Program-made: the position numbers and the translations under genes
DNA from: Oscillospiraceae bacterium
GTDB lineage: Bacteria; Bacillota; Clostridia; Oscillospirales; CAG-272
Assembly: GCA_015063455.1 (NCBI GenBank)
Contig: SVUC01000001.1
Span: 1 to 50,728, forward strand
Direction of reading: 5' to 3'
DNA: 50,728 bases
Notes under the pieces: model-generated
Told to the model about the DNA's origin: nothing
The model's input: the letters and a program-made list of their open reading frames with translations, nothing else
Databases searched by the model: none
Shown here: piece after piece, positions 36,412 to 44,836 of the stretch
Layout of the letters: the number at the start of each line of letters is the position of its first letter
Position numbering within the stretch: the stretch's first letter is position 1

Positions 36412-37337
36412 CAAAATAAGTCAGATGATAAGTATCTCTCACCTGTGTCCGGGAGAAGAACAACAATGTTGCGCCCTTCATATTCATCGAGCTTTGCGAG
36501 TTCTATTGCGGCGGAAAGAGCAGCACCCGAGGAGATCCCAACGAGGATCCCTTCATTTTTTCCGAGATTTCGTGCAGCATCATATGCGTCATCTGCTGAG
36601 ACTTTCATTATTTTGTCAATTATTTTGACGTTTAAAATTGACGGGATAAAACCGGCTCCGATCCCTTGTAATTTGTGAGGACCTGCAGAGTCTCCCGATA
36701 GAACGGCAGATGTGTCGGGCTCAATTCCAACAATTTCTATCTGATCGTTCTGTGACTTGAGATATTCAGCAGTACCTGTGATAGTCCCACCTGTTCCGAT
36801 CCCTGCTACAAAAACATCAACACGACCGTCTGTATCCTCCCAGATTTCAGGCCCCGTTGTCATTCTGTGTGCAGCGGGGTTTGCAGGATTAGTAAATTGT
36901 CCCGCTATAAAAGCGGAAGGAAGCTGAGTGGCAAGCTCTTCAGCTTTTTTTATTGCCCCGCTCATTCCGAGCTTACCGTCAGTCAGGACAAGTTCTGCAC
37001 CATAGGCAGTCATAAGCTTGCGCCGTTCAATTGACATTGTGTCAGGCATAACAATAATTACTTTGTAACCGCGTGATGCGGCAACCGCTGCGAGCCCTAT
37101 ACCTGTGTTTCCTGATGTGGGCTCTATGATTACGGTATCCGGTTTGATGAGTCCGTGCGCTTCCGCATCTTCAATAAGAGATTTTCCGACACGGTCTTTT
37201 ACAGATCCCGCAGGATTCATAAATTCAAGCTTAGCTATTATGTTTGCCTTGAGTGCGTATTTTTCTTTAGTGTTGGTGAGTGAGAGCAGGGGAGTTTTTC
37301 CAATTATCTCAGCTACAGAAGTATAAATTTTTGCCAT
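36411..37337 (-). CDS. cysK: Cysteine synthase A (O-acetylserine sulfhydrylase)
   Basis: PLP-lysine block 'MNPAGSVKDR', then 'EPTSGNTGIGLA', 'GIGTGGTITG' and 'GISSGAA'. Start set at MAKIY. An alternative ATG lies at 37349. Confidence 0.9.
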   Translation of the reverse strand: MAKIYTSVAEIIGKTPLLSLTNTKEKYALKANIIAKLEFMNPAGSVKDRVGKSLIEDAEAHGLIKPDTVIIEPTSGNTGIGLAAVAASRGYKVIIVMPDTMSIERRKLMTAYGAELVLTDGKLGMSGAIKKAEELATQLPSAFIAGQFTNPANPAAHRMTTGPEIWEDTDGRVDVFVAGIGTGGTITGTAEYLKSQNDQIEIVGIEPDTSAVLSGDSAGPHKLQGIGAGFIPSILNVKIIDKIMKVSADDAYDAARNLGKNEGILVGISSGAALSAAIELAKLDEYEGRNIVVLLPDTGERYLSSDLF

Positions 37338-37370
37338 AAGATTTACCATCCGAATGAATTCAGTAAAAAA

Positions 37371-37399
37371 ATTATATCATTCAAATTTTTTCTTGTCAA
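37371..37399 (-). promoter_or_regulatory. Consensus sigma-A promoter for cysK (TTGACA-17-TATAAT on the minus strand)
   Basis: The minus strand reads TTGACA (37394-37399), an exact 17 nt spacer, and TATAAT (37371-37376). The leader is short, leaving no room for a riboswitch or T-box. Confidence 0.55.
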
Positions 37400-37452
37400 T
37401 AGAAAAAAGAATTTATAGTGAAATCTTACGCTTTATTTTGTTATATTATTGC

Positions 37453-37481
37453 TTGACAAATAAAGAGAAGGATGATATAAT
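37453..37481 (+). promoter_or_regulatory. Consensus sigma-A promoter at the head of the NPP-LamG lipoprotein array
   Basis: TTGACA 37453-37458, an exact 17 nt spacer, and TATAAT 37476-37481, about 100 nt upstream of the first array gene. Confidence 0.6.
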
Positions 37482-37587
37482 CATTTTAGTGAAAAAATGT
37501 AAAAAGTTGATAAAATTAATGTAGATGTTTGGTAATTATTTAACTTAATTAATAAAATTGCATTATAATTAACATTGGAAACTTGAG

Positions 37588-39315
37588 ATGAAAAGAACAA
37601 CTTTAACAATTATTCTTTTTTTTATACTGTGTGCATCTCTTCCGGCGTGTTCGAATGATCAAATAAATACCAATCAGGATAAAACGTCAGAATCCCTTAT
37701 TAGTGAGCAGATCGATTCCGAAGGCTCAAGTGAATCTCCGGCTGAAACTGAACTGCCTGTCACTGTTGATTCTGTTTATGAGCGTGTTGTGATCATTGGC
37801 GTTGACGGTGGAGGCGCGTATTTCAAGTATGCCGATACACCAAATCTTGATAGAATTTTTGAAAATGGTGCTGTTACGTATACCGCATTGGTTTCGTATC
37901 CGTCTGTCAGCGCGCAGGGCTGGGGTTCGATTCTGCATGGAGTTACTCCCGATCTTCACAGACTAACGAATTCTGTTGTATCAGAAACACCTTATCCTGC
38001 CGACTCCCCGTTTCCTAGTATTTTTCGAGTTGTAAGAGAAAATGATCCTGATGCACTTCTTGCGTCTATCTGCAACTGGAATCCAATAAACTATGGAATT
38101 ATTGAAGATGATCTCGATGTATATAAAACCAAAGGCGGCAATGACGAAGAGGTTGCGGATAAAGTATGCGAATATATATCCGAGAACGACCCCAAGCTTC
38201 TTTTTGTACAGTTTGATCAGGTTGACGGCGCAGGAAAGTACGGATGGGGAAGTGAACCCTATCTTCAGCAGATCACAATTACAGACGAATATATCGGACG
38301 AATATATGATGCTTACGATGAGCGTGGCTTCCTTGATGAGACTCTTTTTATTGTTACCGTAGACCACGGCGGGATCAATACAGGACACGGCGGAAAAACA
38401 CCCGAGGAGCTCGAGGTTATGTATGCCGCGGTCGGAAAAACAGTTATTCCGGGAGCAGTTATAGATGATATGCACGTCTGCGACACCGCTTCGATCGTTA
38501 TGCACGCACTCGGATATGACGTTTCGGAAAACTGGACTTCGAGAATTCCCGGAAATCTCTTTGAGGGAGTAGAAGAGCAGGAAAGGCCGATCTACGTTCC
38601 AGAGCCATCTGAGAATAGAGCTCACCTAAACGAGCCGACACCTGATGCTCAAAGCGGAAGTTATCTCACAGATTTCATTCCCGAGGACAGAATACTTGCA
38701 TATTTGACTCTTGACGGTGACGGCACAGATGCTCTCGGCAAAACCAAGACAGAGGTTCACAATAATGTCAAGTTCGTTGAAGGGTATTACGGAAGCGCGG
38801 CAGTATTTGATGAAGGACACATTTCAGTAAGTCAGTTCGCTCCCGATAAATCGAGCTTTACGATTGCTGCTTGGATCAGAACAAAGGGTGTTGAGTCTGA
38901 TCCATCGATTTGCTCGAATAAAAAGTGGTCAAACGGAAATAATAACGGATTTGTTCTTGCGTTCAGGGATGCATATATCAAGTTTAATGCTGGAAACGGA
39001 AGCTCAAGAATGGATACAGACTATCCGCTTCCTTACGATTATTATGACGGATGGATGCACGTTATTTTTTCAGTTGACAGAGAAAATAATACCGTAAACT
39101 TTACTTACGATTTCGGGAAATTCAAAACTACACCTATTACGGATGAGTTGAAAGAATCATCTTTTAATGCGTACAGCGGCCTCAACATAGGTCAGGACGG
39201 AACAGGAGAATACCACAAAAATCTTACCGCAGCACTTGATGACTTTATCATTTTCGAGGGAGCGTTCACTGAAGAAGATGTTAAAGCACTCGCTGATTAC
39301 TACAAGACTGAATAA
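37588..39315 (+). CDS. Array copy 1: lipoprotein, acidic linker, AP-superfamily NPP-like domain (His of DxxGH replaced by Lys), LamG-like domain
   Basis: 575 aa. Lipobox 'ILCASLPAC'. Also 'VVIIGVDGGGAYF', 'YPSVSAQGWGS', 'FVQFDQVDGAGK' (K217, codon 38236-38238), 'LFIVTVDHGGINTGHGG', 'FTIAAWIRTKG', 'GWMHVIF', 'LNIGQDGTG' and 'LDDFIIFEGAFTEEDVKALADYY'. Confidence 0.85.
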   Translation: MKRTTLTIILFFILCASLPACSNDQINTNQDKTSESLISEQIDSEGSSESPAETELPVTVDSVYERVVIIGVDGGGAYFKYADTPNLDRIFENGAVTYTALVSYPSVSAQGWGSILHGVTPDLHRLTNSVVSETPYPADSPFPSIFRVVRENDPDALLASICNWNPINYGIIEDDLDVYKTKGGNDEEVADKVCEYISENDPKLLFVQFDQVDGAGKYGWGSEPYLQQITITDEYIGRIYDAYDERGFLDETLFIVTVDHGGINTGHGGKTPEELEVMYAAVGKTVIPGAVIDDMHVCDTASIVMHALGYDVSENWTSRIPGNLFEGVEEQERPIYVPEPSENRAHLNEPTPDAQSGSYLTDFIPEDRILAYLTLDGDGTDALGKTKTEVHNNVKFVEGYYGSAAVFDEGHISVSQFAPDKSSFTIAAWIRTKGVESDPSICSNKKWSNGNNNGFVLAFRDAYIKFNAGNGSSRMDTDYPLPYDYYDGWMHVIFSVDRENNTVNFTYDFGKFKTTPITDELKESSFNAYSGLNIGQDGTGEYHKNLTAALDDFIIFEGAFTEEDVKALADYYKTE

Positions 39316-39341
39316 TCATTTTAAGAAATTAATTAATCATT

Positions 39342-41102
39342 ATGGAAAAGTATTTGTCAATTATTTTAGTTTTTTGCCTGACTCTAACCTCGTTGTTTTC
39401 CTGCAATGACGGAAAAGTTGACAACGGAGAGTCAGATATCGAATCTGTTATTGATTCTGAAAGCGAATCTGAATCATCTGACGAAAGTAATTCTCAATTA
39501 TCTGAAGACTCCTCATCCGAATCTGATACGGAATTACCAGAGGAAGAACCTCTTCTTGCACAGTACGAACGGGTTGTAATAATCGGAGTTGACGGTGCAG
39601 GTGCATTTTTCAAAGATACAGATACGCCGAATATTGACAGGATCTTCGAAAACGGTGCTGTTACATATACTGCACAAACAGCCACTCCTTCGAACAGTGC
39701 ACAATGCTGGGGATCATTGCTTATCGGCGTAACTACAGAGTATCACCGACTTAATAACGATGTAGCAGGGACTTTCCCATACGATCCCGATTCCATTTTT
39801 CCGAGTATTTTCAGGCTTATTCGAGAAAAGTATCCCGACGCCCTCCTTGCATCATTTTGTAACTGGAACGAAATAAATAAGGGGATCATTGAAAACAATC
39901 TTCGTGTTTATAAAGAGACAGGCAATGATTACCAGGTTACGCAAAAGATCTGCACATATCTTCAGAAAAACGATCCTAAGCTTTTATTTGTTCAGTTCGA
40001 CGCTGTTGACGGAGCAGGTCACAGCTCAGGGTACGGAAGTGCGAGACATCTTGCAGAGATCACAATGGTGGATACTTATATCGGTCAGATTTATGAAGCA
40101 TACAACGCCAAAGGTGTTCTTGATTCCACACTTTTTATTGTAACCGCGGACCACGGCGGAACATCGAGCGGATACCACGGAGGACCATCCCCCGAGGAAA
40201 TGAACATAATGTATGCAGTAGTCGGAAAGACAATCACAAAAGGTACGATCGGAGATATGTCAATTCGTGATAACGCTGCTATTGTTGCGTATGCACTGGG
40301 GATTGAGCCGCCGAAGAACTGGACCGCACGAATTCCGGGTGGCGTTTTTGAGGGTGTTGACGAACAAGAAAGACCTGTGTACATTCCACAGACAAGTGAA
40401 TCAAGACTTCACGAAAGCGTGCCCACACCGGCCATTGACAGCGGAAGATATCTCACAGATTTTATCTCATCTGACAGAATACGTGCTTATCTTACTCTCG
40501 ACGAAACTGAAGCTGATGCACTCGGTAAGCTCACAACTACAGTAGACAATAGGATCGATTACATCGAGGGTTACTACGGCGAGGCAGCATCATTTATGAA
40601 TGGCTATATTTCACTTAATGACTATGCTCCCGGAACTTCAAGCTTCACAATAGCATTTTGGTTTAAGACAACAGGAGTAGAAACAAAGAACTGTATTCTT
40701 TCTAATAAGAATTATAAAAACAGCAGCAGCCAAGGTTATTCAATTTCTCTCGATCAAAACGGCCTTCAGTTTAATTTTGGCAGCGGATCAGCAGGAATGG
40801 AGTCGGAGTATCCACTTCCTTCAGATTTTTATGACGGATGGATACACGTTACGCTTGTTGTAAACCGAGAAGCAAATATTATTCGGTATTCATACGATTT
40901 TGGAAACTTTACTAACGTAAGAATTCCGCAAGAATTGAGAAACTCCTCGTTTGACGGATACAGTGATCTCAATATAGGTCGTGACGGAACAGGTTCGTAT
41001 GCCTCACGTCTGTCCGCAGTTCTCGATGACATAATAATCTTTGATGGGGTACTGACAAGTGATGATCTCAAGTCTCTTTCGGAATATTATGCCGCAGATT
41101 AA
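39342..41102 (+). CDS. Array copy 2: lipoprotein NPP-like plus LamG-like protein
   Basis: 586 aa. Lipobox 'LTSLFSC', Ser/Glu/Asp linker, 'VVIIGVDGAGAFF', 'TPSNSAQCWGS', 'FVQFDAVDGAGH', 'LFIVTADHGGTSSGYHGG', 'GWIHVTL' and 'LDDIIIFDGVLTSDDL'. No recognisable SD in the 26 nt gap upstream. Confidence 0.85.
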   Translation: MEKYLSIILVFCLTLTSLFSCNDGKVDNGESDIESVIDSESESESSDESNSQLSEDSSSESDTELPEEEPLLAQYERVVIIGVDGAGAFFKDTDTPNIDRIFENGAVTYTAQTATPSNSAQCWGSLLIGVTTEYHRLNNDVAGTFPYDPDSIFPSIFRLIREKYPDALLASFCNWNEINKGIIENNLRVYKETGNDYQVTQKICTYLQKNDPKLLFVQFDAVDGAGHSSGYGSARHLAEITMVDTYIGQIYEAYNAKGVLDSTLFIVTADHGGTSSGYHGGPSPEEMNIMYAVVGKTITKGTIGDMSIRDNAAIVAYALGIEPPKNWTARIPGGVFEGVDEQERPVYIPQTSESRLHESVPTPAIDSGRYLTDFISSDRIRAYLTLDETEADALGKLTTTVDNRIDYIEGYYGEAASFMNGYISLNDYAPGTSSFTIAFWFKTTGVETKNCILSNKNYKNSSSQGYSISLDQNGLQFNFGSGSAGMESEYPLPSDFYDGWIHVTLVVNREANIIRYSYDFGNFTNVRIPQELRNSSFDGYSDLNIGRDGTGSYASRLSAVLDDIIIFDGVLTSDDLKSLSEYYAAD

Positions 41103-41156
41103 AATAAAGTCCATAATTCAGTTTATCTGATAAATTTTATAAATTTTGGAGGTTTT

Positions 41157-42962
41157 ATGAAAAAGTATTTGGCAATCCTTTTAGTACTGTGTTTGACATT
41201 CACTTCGATGTTCGCGTGCTCAAATACAGACAACGAATCAGGCAATGATTCGAATGACGACGTGAATGTTGAGACACCAAGCGATTCAGACAGCTCATCC
41301 GATACCCCTGATGAGACCGATCCCGATGAACCGGTCGATTCAGAATCGGACGAACCTGTCGAATCTCCTACTGAATCTGAGACAGAAGAACCCGAAGAAG
41401 AGCCTCTCGTAGCTCTCTATGATAGAGTTGTTCTCATTGGTGTTGACGGCGCCGGATCTTTCTTCCAGAACACACCGACTCCGAACATTGATAAGATCTT
41501 TGCAAACGGTGCTGTTACATATACCGCACAGACCGCTACTCCTTCTATCAGTGCACAGAGCTGGGGATCTCTCCTTCTCGGTGTAACTCCCGATCTTCAC
41601 AGACTTACAAACGGTATTGTAGGCTCAACACCTTATGATGTTGATTCCATCTTCCCGAGTATTTTCCGTGTTATACGCGAAAATGATCCTGACGCAGTTC
41701 TCGCATCATTCTGTAACTGGAATCCTATTAACGTAGGTATTATTGAAGATAACCTTGGTGTAATTAAGGATTCGGGAAATGACGCACAAGTTACAAAGAA
41801 GGCTTGTGATTTCATCGCGCAAAACGATCCTAAGCTCCTCTTCGTACACTTTGACCAGGTAGATGGTGCAGGACACGGCTCAGGTTACGGTAGTTCCAAG
41901 CACTTGAACCAGATCACAATTTCTGACGGATATATCGGTCAGATCTATAATGCACTTGAACAAAGAGGTTTCCTTGAAACCACTCTCTTCATCGTAACAG
42001 CTGACCACGGCGGAACACCCGGTGGTTCTCACGGTGGATCTACTCCCGAAGAAATGAACATTATGTATGCAGCTATTGGACATAATATCGTTCCCGGCGG
42101 AACAATTCCGGATATGCAGATCCGCGATAACGCATCCATTATTATGTATGCACTTGGTTACAAGCAGCCGAGCACTTGGACATCCAGAATTCCCGGTGAT
42201 TTCTTTGTAGGCGTTGATGAACAGGAAAGACCTGAATTTGTTCCCGAACCTTCAGAAAATCGTAAGCACGAAAACGAACCCACACCTACCGCTGACAGCG
42301 GAGAATACCTCACAGACTTTATTTCCTCCGACAGAGTTCTTGCATACCTCACTCTCGACGGAAATGAAACAGATGCTCTTGGTAAGGTAACAACAGCTGC
42401 AAATAATAAGATCTATTATATTGAAGGTTATTACGGCGAAGCAGCACAGCTTGATGATGGATATATTTCAATCAATGACTATGCTCCCGGAAATTCAAGC
42501 TTTACATTATCGTTCTGGTTCAAGACAAGCGGCGTATCAAGTGACCCGTGTCTCGTTTCCAATAAGAAATGGCAGAGTGGAGGAAATCCCGGATACGTTC
42601 TCTCTCTCCGTCCGACTGATGTAAAATTCAACCTTGGTAACGGATCCTCAAGAATGGATACAGAATACTCTCTCCCTCTTGACTTCTATCACGGATGGGT
42701 ACATGTAATTTTAGCAGTTGACAGAGACGCAGGTTCAGTTAGTTTCTGGTATGACTTCAGTAATCCTATCACAACAGGTATTTCCGATAGTCTCAAGAAT
42801 GTTTCCTTTGATTCATTTAATGTTTTGAATCTCGGTCAGGACGGAACCGGAAATTACTCAGAGCCTCTTACAGCTACAATGGATGAATTTATCATCTTCG
42901 ACGGTGCATTCACACAGGGAGATGTTGATGCACTTGCAGCATACTACAAAATTGAAAAGTAA
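41157..42962 (+). CDS. Array copy 3: lipoprotein NPP-like plus LamG-like protein
   Basis: 601 aa. Lipobox 'FTSMFAC', the longest acidic linker, 'VVLIGVDGAGSFF', 'TPSISAQSWGS', 'FVHFDQVDGAGH', 'LFIVTADHGGTPGGSHGG', 'GWVHVIL' and 'MDEFIIFDGAFTQGDV'. GGAGG SD. Confidence 0.9.
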   Translation: MKKYLAILLVLCLTFTSMFACSNTDNESGNDSNDDVNVETPSDSDSSSDTPDETDPDEPVDSESDEPVESPTESETEEPEEEPLVALYDRVVLIGVDGAGSFFQNTPTPNIDKIFANGAVTYTAQTATPSISAQSWGSLLLGVTPDLHRLTNGIVGSTPYDVDSIFPSIFRVIRENDPDAVLASFCNWNPINVGIIEDNLGVIKDSGNDAQVTKKACDFIAQNDPKLLFVHFDQVDGAGHGSGYGSSKHLNQITISDGYIGQIYNALEQRGFLETTLFIVTADHGGTPGGSHGGSTPEEMNIMYAAIGHNIVPGGTIPDMQIRDNASIIMYALGYKQPSTWTSRIPGDFFVGVDEQERPEFVPEPSENRKHENEPTPTADSGEYLTDFISSDRVLAYLTLDGNETDALGKVTTAANNKIYYIEGYYGEAAQLDDGYISINDYAPGNSSFTLSFWFKTSGVSSDPCLVSNKKWQSGGNPGYVLSLRPTDVKFNLGNGSSRMDTEYSLPLDFYHGWVHVILAVDRDAGSVSFWYDFSNPITTGISDSLKNVSFDSFNVLNLGQDGTGNYSEPLTATMDEFIIFDGAFTQGDVDALAAYYKIEK

Positions 42963-42981
42963 GATTTAAGAATAGAATTGA

Positions 42982-43012
42982 TATTTGTGCTGAAGAAAAT
43001 TCAGCACAAATA
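42982..43012 (+). terminator. Perfect 13 bp stem-loop inside the array (between copies 3 and 4): possible attenuator, partial terminator or RNA processing/stability element
   Basis: tatttgtgctgaa-gaaaa-ttcagcacaaata read directly from the sequence. Only a weak T-tract follows (actattgtc). Confidence 0.45.
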
Positions 43013-43044
43013 CTATTGTCTAAGATTATCCAAGGAGTTACAAG

Positions 43045-44808
43045 ATGAAAAAAATTCTCGCACTGATTCTTACACTTTTTATGATAACTTCTGCATTTGT
43101 CTCCTGCTCAAACGATCAGAACGAATCGGAAAGTAATCCAAACGAATCGAACGGTGATTCGAATGAACCGATTGAGACACCCGATGAATCCGAATCTGAC
43201 ACTGAATCAGAATCGGAAACTGAAACTGAAACTGAAATAGAAGATCCCGTAGTAATAGAAGCACCGTATAAAAGAGTAATCGTTATCGGTGTCGACGGGG
43301 CGGGTGCATACTTTAAGAGAACCGATACCCCTAACATCGACAGAATTTTTGAGGGAGGCGCTGTTACTTATGAAGCTGTTACAGCAACACCTTCCATCAG
43401 TGCACAAAGCTGGGGTGAGATCCTGATCGGTGTAACTGCAGACGTACATAAGCTTTCAAATTCAATAGTCGGATCAAGACGTTATGATACTGAATCACTC
43501 TTCCCGACAATGTTCAGAGCTGTTCGGGAAAATGATCCTGAGGCTACACTTGCATCATTCTGTAATTGGGATCCTATTAACTATGGTATTATTGAAGAAA
43601 ATCTTGGTGTATATAAAGCATCGGGAAGTGACGCCGAAGTTACAAAGAAGGTTTGCAAATTTGTTGCAGAAAACGATCCTAAGCTCGTGTTTGTTCAGTT
43701 TGATGAATGTGACGGCGTGGGACATAGTAAGGGATTTGGTTTCCCGGATCAGCTCAAGCAGATTACCGTAACTGACGGTTACATTGGTCAGATATATGAT
43801 GCTTATGTTGAGAGAGGCTTTATTGATGAAACTCTGTTTATCGTAACAGCCGACCACGGCGGAAACAGCACAGGTCACGGCGGCTCAACATACGATGAAA
43901 TGCACGTTATGTACGCCGCTGCAGGTCACACAGTTGTTCCCGGAACTATCGGTGAGATGTCAGTACGAGATAATGCTGCAATAGTTTTGCACGCACTCGG
44001 ATATACTCAGCCTGCAACCTGGACTGCAAGAATTCCCGCAAATCTTTTTGAAGGTGTAGAAGTGCAGGAAAGACCTACGTATGAAATTCCTACACTTAGT
44101 GAAAACCGCAATCATGTAAATGCGCCCACTCCTGCAGTGGATAGCGGTGAATATTTAACAGATATCTTTAACATTGATGATATTTACGCATATCTCACAA
44201 TGGATGGAAATGACCTTGACGCACTTGGAAAAGTAACAACCGAAACCAAAAAGAAGGTTTATTATGTAGAGGGTTATTACGGAGAAGGCGCAGTTCTTGA
44301 AGACGGATATATCCGAATGAAAGATTATTATCCCGAGAACAACAGCTTTACAATGTCTTTCTGGCTTAAAACTCCCGGTTGTGCAGATGATCCTTCAATG
44401 ATCTCGAATAAGTATTGGCGCAACGGAGCTTCACAGGGTTATGCATTCTTTATGAGAGGATATGATCTTGGATTTAATATCGGAAATAATGAAAATAGCT
44501 ATGAAGCTTGTTTCTCGTTGCCGTCAGACTTTGCGAACGGTTGGATGCATATTCTCCTAACGGTTGACAGAGAAAACGCAAAGATCGGACTTTCGTATGA
44601 CTTTGGGGAACTCGAATTTATAAATATTCCGGAAAAATTCAAGGATGTTTCACTTAAAGGTTTCAGAAATCACCTCAATATAGGACAAGACGGTTCTGGA
44701 GCTTATTCAAGCGTCGTTCCCGGTGTTTATGATGAATTCATAATCTTCAACGGCGCATTCACACAGGAAGATGTTGATAAACTCGCATCTTATTACAAAG
44801 TACAGTGA
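43045..44808 (+). CDS. Array copy 4: lipoprotein NPP-like plus LamG-like protein
   Basis: 587 aa. Lipobox 'TSAFVSC', 'VIVIGVDGAGAYF', 'TPSISAQSWGE', 'FVQFDECDGVGH', 'LFIVTADHGGNSTGHGG', 'GWMHILL' and 'YDEFIIFNGAFTQEDV'. AAGGAG SD. Confidence 0.9.
   Translation: MKKILALILTLFMITSAFVSCSNDQNESESNPNESNGDSNEPIETPDESESDTESESETETETEIEDPVVIEAPYKRVIVIGVDGAGAYFKRTDTPNIDRIFEGGAVTYEAVTATPSISAQSWGEILIGVTADVHKLSNSIVGSRRYDTESLFPTMFRAVRENDPEATLASFCNWDPINYGIIEENLGVYKASGSDAEVTKKVCKFVAENDPKLVFVQFDECDGVGHSKGFGFPDQLKQITVTDGYIGQIYDAYVERGFIDETLFIVTADHGGNSTGHGGSTYDEMHVMYAAAGHTVVPGTIGEMSVRDNAAIVLHALGYTQPATWTARIPANLFEGVEVQERPTYEIPTLSENRNHVNAPTPAVDSGEYLTDIFNIDDIYAYLTMDGNDLDALGKVTTETKKKVYYVEGYYGEGAVLEDGYIRMKDYYPENNSFTMSFWLKTPGCADDPSMISNKYWRNGASQGYAFFMRGYDLGFNIGNNENSYEACFSLPSDFANGWMHILLTVDRENAKIGLSYDFGELEFINIPEKFKDVSLKGFRNHLNIGQDGSGAYSSVVPGVYDEFIIFNGAFTQEDVDKLASYYKVQ
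43216..43239 (+). repeat. Hexanucleotide (GAAACT)3 plus a partial unit inside the acidic linker of copy 4 (encodes ETETETEI)
   Basis: Read directly: gaaact gaaact gaaact gaaata. It is embedded in a wider GAA/GAT/TCN-rich low-complexity tract (about 43110-43250). Confidence 0.7.
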
Positions 44809-44836
44809 TTCATAATCTATTTGTATAGGTGAACAA

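Noticed and set aside
43110-43250. Repetitive GAA/GAT/TCN tracts in the linker regions, considered as a possible CRISPR or other non-coding repeat array.
   Set aside because: They are in-frame coding low-complexity sequence (acidic linkers) with 3-6 nt periodicity. There is no repeat-spacer organisation of 25-40 nt units.
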